64,000 nt of DNA from the NCBI RefSeq assembly GCF_036321535.1, contig NC_087445.1, positions 77,996,001-78,060,000 of the forward strand. The letters are read 5' to 3'. The position numbers and the translations under genes are program-made. Source of the DNA: Camelus dromedarius. Taxonomy: Eukaryota. Below are positions 46,383 through 56,100 of the stretch, one piece after another (position 1 is the first letter of the stretch; each line of letters begins with the position of its first letter). Below the pieces are notes generated by a model. It saw nothing but the letters and a program-made list of their open reading frames with translations, did no database searches and was not told the origin of the DNA.

Positions 46383-48931
46383 CTAGGCTTCTGGAGAGCA
46401 GGTTTCTGCAGAAAGAGGAAACACAGTTCAGAAGAGCCAGGGAATCCGCTGGCCCAGGGCCCCTTCGCCAGCTGACACTTCACTTGACCCAGAAGGACAA
46501 GCCCGGACCAGAGGTGGGCTGTCCAGTCAGGTGTGCTCTGCTGACAGGGCCACCGGGGCAGCCGGGCAGGAGCGGGCACGGGCGTTCCTCCTACCGCTTT
46601 GCCGGGGGATGAAGACCTCCAGGTGTAGCCCCTTGGCTCCTGCGACCTTCTTGAAGTCCTCCAAGGCCCCTGCGTTGTTCTCAGGGTCCCTTCCTGTGGG
46701 GGAGACCGGGAGCCAGACGGGAGGGTGAGGGTAGTAGTGGGGGGCACCGGCATCTCCATCCCAGTCTGGAGGAGTGATGGGCCGAAGGCTGGCTTGGAGG
46801 ACCCCGCACCCGTGTGGGGCTGGACCCCGGGGTCCTCGGCGGCCGGGAAGAGAGCTCGGCTGGAAAGGTTGATCCAGGAGCCTCCGGAGGGCTGGGGCGC
46901 CCTCGCAGCAGAGCTGGGAGGGGCGGGAAGTGCTCTTGGAGGACACGCCTGAGACTCTGCCTGGGAGTGAGGACCTGCCTGGCTTCAGAGGTGGCGCAAC
47001 CGTCTCCGGCCCTCAGGTCCCTGCCGTCCCCCCGGACTGGCATTCACACAGCTCCTGGCCATGGGGACACTCAGGTGACCCTCTCGGGGGCCTCCCGTCT
47101 GCAGGCAGGGACGGAACTGACGCTCCAGTGCCTCTTTGAGCCTCCTCCCTGGAATTAAGCCCCAGGGGCTGGAATTCCCTTCCCACATGTGGCCCGCCTG
47201 TGACACGGTGACATTCGGATGCCTGCCCACTCGGCCTCTGCTCCTCCCGTGCGCCCCTGCCGAGATGGGACTGGGCGCCTGCATCCTGAACTGGGCGTGG
47301 GAACCAGCGCTTCCTCCCGGGGCGTCTCCTGAGGGCAGGCGGGGGGAGCGGGTGCAGGGGCTGGGACGCGGGACCCTCACCCATGAGCTTCGCCACGCGG
47401 ATCTGCTTCCCGCCGAGCTCGCCTTCGCAGTAAAGGATGTAGTGGTCCTTCACCGCTGACGGTGTGATGTACACCACGCGCTTGCCCCCGTCTGGAGGGG
47501 GAGGGCCCAGCCTTGAGCAAGCCCAGGGCCCGCGCCGGGAGCAGGTTCTCCACCCAGGCCGTGGGGCCCCACCTCCCAGGAGAGCGCACGCCAGAGAGGT
47601 AGTCACACCCCGCCCAGCGGGTCACAGGGGGCCTTGGGGGGTGGGGGCTCCAAGAGGCTGGAGCCTGGGGAGCTCAGCTCCGCTTCTGGGCCTGACATGT
47701 GGCCGCCCTGACCTCGGGCGGGCCAGTCCCTCCTGGGACAAACCCATCAGCCTGGTACGTGGTGTCAGGTGTCCGTATCTTTAAGGCAAATCGACCAGTG
47801 GGAGGGGAGGGAGGTCATTCAATGGGGTCAGAAAGGAGGGGGGCTTCTCAGGCTCAAAGGCTGTCCTAGACGCACCCCCACCCCCCACCCCGGCTGGGGC
47901 TCTGGGACTCACAGGCCGTGTATTTGCCAGGCTCGCTGGCTCTCTCCAGGACCAGTGTCTTGTCCCGGCACTGACCGTCAATCCTGGGACAGAAGCCACA
48001 CAGCGACGCTGCCTGGGGTGCGCCCACCTTGGAACCCAGCCCAGCCCCGGCAGCGCTCCCCCACCCTCACAGGTGGCCACGGGGAGGACAGTGCATCAGC
48101 CACCCCCAGTCCAGACACCAGCTGGGCCTTCAGTGTCTCACATGGCAGCTCCGGGGGTCTCCCTTGGTGGTGGGGAGGGGCAGCCGGCAGTGCTCTTCCC
48201 ATCCACAAGGTCTCACCCGGGCTCATCCCCTGCACGGCACTCCGGGTGAGGCAGGGCGCCCTCAAAGCTGTCCAGTGCCGAGCGTGGTGGGAGGGGCTGG
48301 GAAGGACACCTGCGTGGTCCGCCCACCCCACCCAGACGCTGGCTGTCCTGGTGTGGGGCGGGGAAGCGGGGAGGCCGGCGGCGACACTCACAGAATGGTG
48401 GCCTGGACTTCCAGGTTGCCTCCCTCCAGGACCGTAAGGTTCATGGAAGTCACCGACTCTGGTTTCTTCATGGGAATCTCCTGGTCTGCGGTCGCGGCCT
48501 TCAGATACCATTTCCCTGACACCTGGAGAAGGCTCCCTCCAGTCAGGGCTCAGGTGCCACCCCCCACTCTGCAGCCCCAGACTCTGCCCAACCCTGGGGC
48601 TGGAGCTCAGTGTGCTTTCCTGCCCCGCCCCCAGCAAATGCCCAGCATCCTCGCCAGACACCCCCAAGTGTGGGCTCCAGCCCTGCAGCTCAGCCCGGAC
48701 CATGGGCCCCCTGTCTGGCTCAGGGCCCTCTGCTTCGTCTGACCGTTGCCTCAGGGGCAGGGATCAACGCCCAACCCTAAGATGCACGCCTCCGCCTCTC
48801 TCTGCACACCCCCAGCCCAGCCTGTCCCATCAGAGCCTCACGTCCTGGCCCAGCCCGCCTGAGGCCGGGGGGTCCTGGGCCTGCAGGGCAGCAACGAGGC
48901 CGAGGCTGACGGTCAGGAGCAGGGTCCTCAT
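46383..48931 (-). CDS. LCN1: Lipocalin-1 / von Ebner gland protein / Can f 1-like; complement(join(46383..46405,46595..46693,47381..47491,47913..47983,48392..48522,48842..48931)), 174 aa
   Basis: Exons 90+131+71+111+99+23=525 nt, all GT-AG, frame intact. Signal peptide [18 protein letters not shown], lipocalin GxW motif [36 protein letters not shown]-terminal ETCSPEA*. Non-coding last exon starts at 45985 with CATAAA at 45877-45882. One-to-one orthology to LCN1 versus a paralog is not proven. Confidence 0.9.
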
Positions 48932-49015
48932 CTCCAGGGCTCTGTGCTCACAGCCACCCGACAGGTCACCTGCTGGGGCTGGGAGAGGCTGTGCCGGCCC
49001 CTCACACGGCCGGCC

Positions 49016-49056
49016 TTTATCCTCCTCCGCCCAGGGACCCTGCGGAACTTGGCACA
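49016..49056 (-). promoter_or_regulatory. GATAAA (TATA-position) box plus upstream GCCAAGTTCCGC element of the LCN1-type gene
   Basis: Minus-strand GGATAAAGGCCGGCC at 49016-49021 and GCCAAGTTCCGC just upstream are conserved with the paralog at 38.9 kb. Confidence 0.6.
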
Positions 49057-49440
49057 AGCTACCGACCCGGCCCTTCCTGGCCGCGAACCGTGGTAAATTC
49101 TGCAGAGGAGCAGGTCGACGTCCGCATTGCTGACGCTTGTTCACCACCCGCGGTTGTCTCGGCACCGCCCCCCGAAGGAACCGGTCCACAGGTGTCGTCT
49201 GCGGGGGAAGTGGTGCCAGGGAGGATGTGGCTGGGTCTGAGAGCGTCCCTGGGTGGCTCCTTAGCCTCCGATTCAGCACCAAAAAAGAGACACCTGCTGT
49301 GTGAACATGGCGGTGTATTTGAAAGTCTACACCCCGACAAGACCCGCAGTAAGGAGGCACTTGGACCCCCGCTGCCCCATGCACGGAGCATGCAGATCAG
49401 ACACAGGAAGGGAGAAGCAAGATGGCAGAGCCGTGAAGAG

Positions 49441-49575
49441 GTGTGCATGAACACACACGGACGCACGCGCACACACCCTTACATACACACGTGCTTACGT
49501 GTACACGTGCACACGCACACATGCGCACACCCACGTGTGCACGTGCACATGTATGTACTGCACACACACACACAG
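49441..49575. repeat. Degenerate (CA)n tract with four CACGTG palindromes
   Basis: CACGTG at 49488, 49504, 49532 and 49540 inside an alternating CA/TG run. Confidence 0.85.
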
Positions 49576-49629
49576 AGTCAGGACCAAGGAGAAGCACGAA
49601 CTGGTGCATGGAGCTGAAGCCCTGGCCCA

Positions 49630-50155
49630 GGAAGGTGAGAGGACAGCTGGGCCACCTCCAGGGTCACCTCCGATATGTTATCTGTGTCTGTGACCCCCTC
49701 TGCCTCACAGTGAGGTGAGAAGCCCCATGAAAAGACCGGCAGGACCCCCAGGCAGGGCCACTGCTCTCCTGCCAGCACCATCCTGTTCCCTGGCCCAGCG
49801 GCTTTATCTCACTTTTTACCTCTGAAACTGCTTACTTACCCCTAAAATTCTATTGGTTCCCTGAGCTCACTTCTGATTGGTCCATTTCTACAAAGCTTGT
49901 TCCTAATTAGTCAACTTTCGTTACACCTCATTTGCATATGATGTTGCAAAGTGTAAAACTGGCAGCCTATAAAGGCCTGTGCAAACCCACAGACGGGGTC
50001 CAGAGCTTGGAGTGTTAACTCTTCTGGGCCCGCTGGCGTAATAAACCTGAGTTCTCCAGCTCTCCGAGTGCTGCTGGGTCTCTCGCCCGGATCCAGGTTG
50101 CTGTCACAACTGAGCTGTAACCCTTTGAGCTGTAACACACTTTTCTACAGCAACA
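49630..50155 (+). mobile_element. ERV1-type solo LTR (5' boundary approximate)
   Basis: Ordered LTR signals: ATTGG at 49852 and 49876, octamer ATTTGCAT 49930-49937, TATAAA 49968-49973, AATAAA 50040-50045, U5-like duplicated tgagctgtaac, ending ..CAACA at ~50155. No PBS or internal ORFs follow. No TSD was identified. Confidence 0.7.
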
Positions 50156-50199
50156 GCAGAGCAGAGCAGGGGCCACGGCCGGGGGCAGAGGCTACGACC

Positions 50200-52790
50200 A
50201 AGCAGCTCAACAGAGAATGATGACAACACGGCCGCGGAGAAAGTGCACCAGTTCCACATCTTCATTAAAATGAGCCGAATTATCTGCAAAAGTAGCCTGT
50301 GAAGAAAAGCAGGTTTAAGACAAACACTCAGTTCAGGAATGTACTCCAAGAAACAAAAAGTGTGACTTGCGTTTTGCAAGCGCAGCAGTGTGATGAAGAT
50401 GCCTCAAGATGAAAAGGAACAAGAAATTACGCCATTAGAACTGGGCAGAATATGGACAACACGGAGCTGGGAGTGCAAACCAAAAATACTGAAGGTGAGT
50501 GAGCACTGTGGTGAGTAAAAATCCAATGGATAAATGCAGAACCTGACAAGGTAAAGAGGATTCGTGACCGGAAGACGGTTCTGATGAAATCAATGGAAAC
50601 AGAAAAAGGCAAAAGAGAAGGTGAGATATTGGAGCAGACTGAGCAACCCCAGCCTCCAGTGGGCAGCAAATGGCGCTGAGGACAGTACCCAGAGGGCAGC
50701 AGCTCTGGAAAACAAGAAGAAACCCATCCTCTCGTGCCCACGCAGACACGTGCACACGTGTGCACCTCCACACACGCACGATGCCAGCAACTCTGATCCT
50801 CTACTGCCTTGAAAGCACTGAGAGCTTGTTTAAAGTGAGGAGGGGAGCAAAGACATGTTTTAGTGGATATTTAAACGCACACAAAACAAAATGATGTATG
50901 CTTGCATGAGTTCATAGAAACAAAAGAAATGCACCTTAAGCCAGTGAGAATTGTGTTTTCCGTGAGAATGGAGATGGGGTGGGTGAATAGCTAATGCATT
51001 GTAAAGACAAAGATGCCAACCAGATAAAAGGTAACTTAAGGCAAAACGCCTCAGTAAGGATGAAAAGGGAACCAACAGCACAGTGCCGTGAAGTCGAGGG
51101 CGCACGGCGTCCAAATACAGGCCAGCCCAGGCAGACGGGAGACGAGGGCTGCTGACACAGCGCAGTCAGGGGTCAGGACGGGAGACATCAGGCCTTCTGC
51201 CTGAGAAGCAGGGCTCTGCAGGCCCGACATTCACGCCAGCGCGGAACCTTCTGCACCAAACGACAGAGCGTGTCTACAAAGCCCCTGTGCCCGCCACAGC
51301 TAAGGAACGACATTCTTCTAGATACACACGCGGTCATCATAAAAGCCGCCCACATCCCGGTAGCACGGGGAACTCCTGAGCCGAGACGACGGGGCCTGCC
51401 CTGTCTGACCTCAAAGCAGTGAAATGAAATCCTCAACGCACAGAGTGGTCCGTAAAGGCAAATCCAAACTTTAAAAATGCCCCTAAACAATTTGTGGGTT
51501 AAAGAGGAAATCACAATTTTTTAAAAATGCAGAATATTTAAAACCAAAAAACTATAAACATGGCAGATATTAAAAGAAAAGACACACACTGTGGTTGGAA
51601 CGTCTGTGTGCTCCCCAAACCCTAGTCCCCAGCGTGATGGTGTTAAGGGGTGGGGCGTTCAGAAGGCGATTAGGTCGTGAGGGTGGAGCCCCCACGAGTG
51701 GGATTAGGGCTCTTATAAGAGGGCCCCAAAGAGCCCCCTCACCCCTTCCCAGAAGACCACCATCAGTGAGCGAGCAGGTCCTCACCCAACAGCGGGCCTG
51801 ACAGCACCAGGATGGCGGCGCCATCCCCCAGAACTGTGAGCAACGAGAGTCTGCTGTCTAACCCGCCCACCCTGTGCCCTCCTGTCCTGGCAGCCCCCGT
51901 GGATGGGGACAGCACCATCACAGAAACACACAGAGGAAAACAGCTATGGCTTCAGATGCTTTTATCAAACAACAAGAAAAATGAAAGTAAGTGGGTTATG
52001 CATTCAAATCTAGAAACAATAAAAATAACCCAAAGACATTAGAAGATAAAAAATAGTGAAGACCAGAACCAGTGAGCTAGACTATAAAGAAAAATAGAGA
52101 GAACCCACAAAAGTGAAACCTGCTTTGGGGGAAAAAGGCATTAAAATAGGTAAACTCCTACCAAGACTGCAAAAACATTTAGAAAAGCAACAATCAAACA
52201 GCATGAGGGGTGATGAGGTGATGTAAATGACAGCTAGAGAGTGAAGAAAACCTCAGGCCACAGTGAAGGGGGCCGCGGAGGGCGCGCCCGGCAGGTCCCA
52301 GCACTCTGCGAGGAGCAGCACGGCCAAGAGGAGGCAAGCTGCGGGCTGCTGGGCGTCCAGCTGAGAAAAGAAAAACTCATTCAGAGAGCGACACGCGCCC
52401 AGTGCTCACGGCAGCACTAGTTACAACTGCTGGGATGGGGAAGCCGCCCAAGTCATCAACAGATAAAGGTGTGTGTATGTGCCTTGGAGTACTACTCAGC
52501 CATGAAAAATGAAGTATTGCCGTTCACAGCAACATGGATGGACTTACAGGGAACTATGCTCAGTGAAGTAAGTCACAGAAAGACAAATGCGGTAGGTATC
52601 TCTTAAATGTGGAATCTAAAACTACAGCACACTAGTGAATATAACAAACAAACACAAACAGACTCACAGATACAGGGAACAAAGCCTGGTCGCTGGCGGG
52701 GAGAGGAGGGGAGAGTGGGGAAGGGGGTTAAGAGACACAAACTATGATGTATAAAATAAATAAACTATAGGATTAAAAAGAAGAAAAAGA
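50200..52790 (+). mobile_element. Degenerate L1 ORF1/ORF2/3' fragments, interrupted by an MLT1 LTR
   Basis: A-rich degenerate L1 text throughout. A clear 3' segment at 52380-52790 includes gagtactactcagccatgaaaaa and agcaacatggatggac. Confidence 0.65.
51590..51912 (+). mobile_element. MLT1A-type MaLR solo LTR
   Basis: tgtggttggaacgtctgtgt..cccagcgtgatggtgttaaggggtgggg..gggtggagccc..gggattagggctcttataagag..cccagaactgtgag. Confidence 0.8.
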
Positions 52791-53048
52791 AGGCGTGTTG
52801 TCACAGGACCGAGCAATAGATCCACAGATCAGCAGCAGGCCCGGGCGCCCTGGGCAAACCCAGCTGTAGCACAGGGGACGACAGTGTGTGTGGGGACAAC
52901 ATTAGACAAACAGAACTTGTTATCCACGTGGAAAAGACACACAAACGCAGTTCCTACCTCACACCACACCCAGGTAACTCCTGGCAGATTAAAAGGCTTA
53001 GCTGGGAAACACAAACCTGTAAAACATCTGTCAAAGAAAGTGAGGGCA

Positions 53049-53152
53049 GGGGCAGGGTGTGGCTCAGCGGCAGGGCGTGTGCTTAGCACGCACGAGGTCC
53101 TGGGTTCTACCCCCAGCACCTCCACTAAACAAAATTAACTGTTTTTTAAAAG
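53049..53152 (+). mobile_element. tRNA-derived SINE with 15-bp target-site duplication
   Basis: Body ggggcagggtgtggctcagcggcagggcgtgtgcttagcacgcacgaggtcctgggttctacccccagcacctcc. TSD aagaaagtgagggca at 53034-53048 and 53153-53167. Confidence 0.88.
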
Positions 53153-56100
53153 AAGAAAGTGAGGGCAATGCCTGTGTGACATAGAAGGAAGTCCTCCGGG
53201 TACATAGAGTCCAGACAGAGGAGGGCCAGTGACCGAAGGCAACGCTGGCCGCTTGGTTACCGGAAAGTGTCTGTACGCAGGTCCGCCAAGGACTCCCACA
53301 AACCAACGAGAGAAGGACAACCGACTGGACAGAAACGTGGCCAAGGGTATAGAAGGGGAGGGTGGTCAGGGGGTGAAGAGATTGAAACGGAAGGGGCCGA
53401 TCTCAGCCTGAGCCCGACGGCATTTGCCATGGACAACAGGGATTCCAGGCGTGGTGCCCGGAGTCCTGCTCCAGCGGCCCCGTGACCAGGCACCACGTGG
53501 CAGTGCCCCGGCGCGCTCTGGGCCCGTAGTTCTGTGCTCGGAGGGCCCCCGGGAGGCTCCTGCAAGTCCGGGGTCAGAGGTCCACGCCCCGAGGTAGACC
53601 GCCCTCATCCCAGTCCAGTCCAGACCCAGCCCCCTCTGTCTGGGATTGCTGGATAGTGTGACGTGTGTCCGCACACGGTGTGGTTTTATGCTGTTTTGAT
53701 GGTGATCACACCAAGTGGAACTGATCAGAATTCCCATTTACAGCCCAAACCTACAGCAGAGCCACACTCAGCACACCTGTGTCGGAAGCCACGTGTCTCA
53801 CGTGTTCCGACTGATAGAAGAGATGTTCACACACTGGGGTCTGGGGACGCCGCTCCGGCTTACACGTGGGTTAATGTGAGCGTGACGCTGACCACAGCAG
53901 CCTGCGTGCGGCCCATCCAGCAAGCACTGTGCATCTGCTTTCGTTATTAAAGGAAAGGGTCAGGGGTGAAGGGCGTCCAGGCTGAAACTAAAGACCAAGT
54001 GCCCCTCCTCCTGGGACGCCAGTGCCGGCCCTCCTTCGATGCTGACTCCTGCCCGGGGGCCAGGGCCACACCGACTCGCTGGACGTGGACGTGCCGATCT
54101 GTGCGGGGTTCTTTTGAAACCTTGGAGAAACGTGTCCCTAACCGGTCAGCACTCCTTGTTCTTGACAGGACATAAAACTGGGCTGGAACCTGCATCTCCG
54201 GGACCGTTTCCCAGAGCCGCCTGGGACGCGGGCTTCCGCGCTGGGCCTGCGCTTGCCTCGGGTGAAACTCTTTCCCTCTCTTATGATTGGTTGTTTCTTG
54301 ATTCTGTTCGTCGCCACGACCATCGGCAGGAAGAGCGAATGTCCGTCCCCCAGGCTCTGAGCCGCCTCCCCGTGCTCTTTACATGGCCTGGTGGAGAGGC
54401 GTTTCACAGGGAGCGGCGTCGGGACGGCGGGGACGCCGGGAACCGGAGCCCGGGGGGGGCCGGCAGGGCCGGGTCACATGTGGCGGGTGCTCTCGGACGG
54501 GGTGTGCGCGGCCCTTGCCGGCCGTGGGGTGTGGAGGCCTGCTGGCTTTCCCACCCCCCGATCGCGCGTTCTCAGATCTAACCTGCGTCCAGAAGGTTTA
54601 CTGCTTTTGCTCCCTGTCCAGGCCGTGCGTCCGTTTGCCCCGTCGAGCCTCCCAGGGCTCCAGGGTTGGCCCCCGCCCCACCCCCCACGGCAGGCAGGGG
54701 GTGCTCTGCACAGCTGGTGCGTGTCCTGGTGGCTCGGGTCTCCCCCCTCCCCCGACCTGGGCTCACGAGGCCCTGGGGCGTCGGCCAGCTGAGCCGAGTC
54801 CAGATGTGGACTCGAGCCGGGAGCCCGCCCGGAGGGGAGCCCAGGGCCCCGCGGGCAAGGCGCGGCTTCCAGGAAAGGTCAAGCTGTGTTTGCGTTCCGG
54901 CTCGTTCTCCACCTTGAGCCCCTGCGAGGCTCCCCGGCTTACCTGGACACTGGATGGCTTTGTGCGCCGGCGTGCTCTGTGTCATGGAGAATGTCACACA
55001 AACAAGGCCGTGCCCAGAGGCCACCTAGACCCATGTCCGCCCGTCTCTGCTGCCAGGTGGATGCCAGCGGACGTGGCCTCCCGGGGCAGCTCTGCCAACC
55101 TTGCCCCGCTGCTCCCTCGGTGTGGGGAGTCCCCCTTCCCAGAGCAGATCCCAGGGAACGGGATTCCTGTAGGCAGGCTCTCCCAGGGGCTGGCACCTGG
55201 GACCTCAGCAGGCCCCCTGATGTGGTCAGTACAGGGGCCCCGGCTGGACAGCCTTGGCTGGCCAGGGAGGAGGGGCCTTCCTGGGAGCACCCTAAGCTCC
55301 TGGCCAGACGTCTTCCTGTCTACTGGACACCTCGCTCTGCAGCTGGGAAAGGCCCGGGCAGGGGACTGGTGGGCCAGCCCCATCACTGCCCCCAAACTGT
55401 CTCTGCACTTTGCCTGAGGACCCCAGGAGGCACTCAGAGAAGTAGGAGGGAGGGAAGGAGGAGCCACAGGTGGGAACCCCCCAGAAAGGGGCAGCATGAA
55501 ACCACTAGGTGCGCCTCCCAGGAACTCTGGCCTGGCCTGGCGGACCCAGGCAGGGCCGGGCAGGTCCAGGCAGGGCCGGGCAGACCCAGGGTAGCCAGGC
55601 CTCCGGCCTCCGAACGGCGGTTTCTCCCGCTCCCCCAAGCAGTGGGCGCTGGCGTCCAGGTGGGGCCCTGAGAACAGGGGCTGCGCGAGGGATGCCCCAC
55701 CCTCTGTCCTCCTTTCTGAGCATCTGCCTCCCCCAGGTGAGCGCCAGGAAGGTCCCTTCTGGGCTCCAGGTGGACGTGAACGTTTTGTGATGCAGAAAGT
55801 TCTTTTTGGTGAAAGGCTCAGAAATGCAGATCAAGACATATGAGTAAGACCCTTATCCCCGCCTTGCACAGAATCGTGAAAGTGTGAAGCTGACCTAATG
55901 CCTGAGGTGAGGAGTGGACAAACGGGCAACGAGAGAGCTAAAGCGTCGAGGTCTTACAGCCTTCTTGGGAGACCTTCTGCCACGATTTATCAGCTTTGGG
56001 GAAAAAACAAGTGTTCTCAATATTAAAGACACGTGTAAGGAGAGACGCCACCGTTTACCTGTCCAGAGCTCTGCCCTCCGTGGCCAGCAGACGCACACGC

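Noticed and set aside
54383-55417. 344-aa minus-strand ORF
   Set aside because: No ATG-led recognisable domain; composition is typical of chance ORFs in GC-rich intergenic DNA.
55543-55590. 20-bp tandem repeat (ccaggcagggccgggcag..) of about 2.4 copies
   Set aside because: Too short and isolated to imply function.
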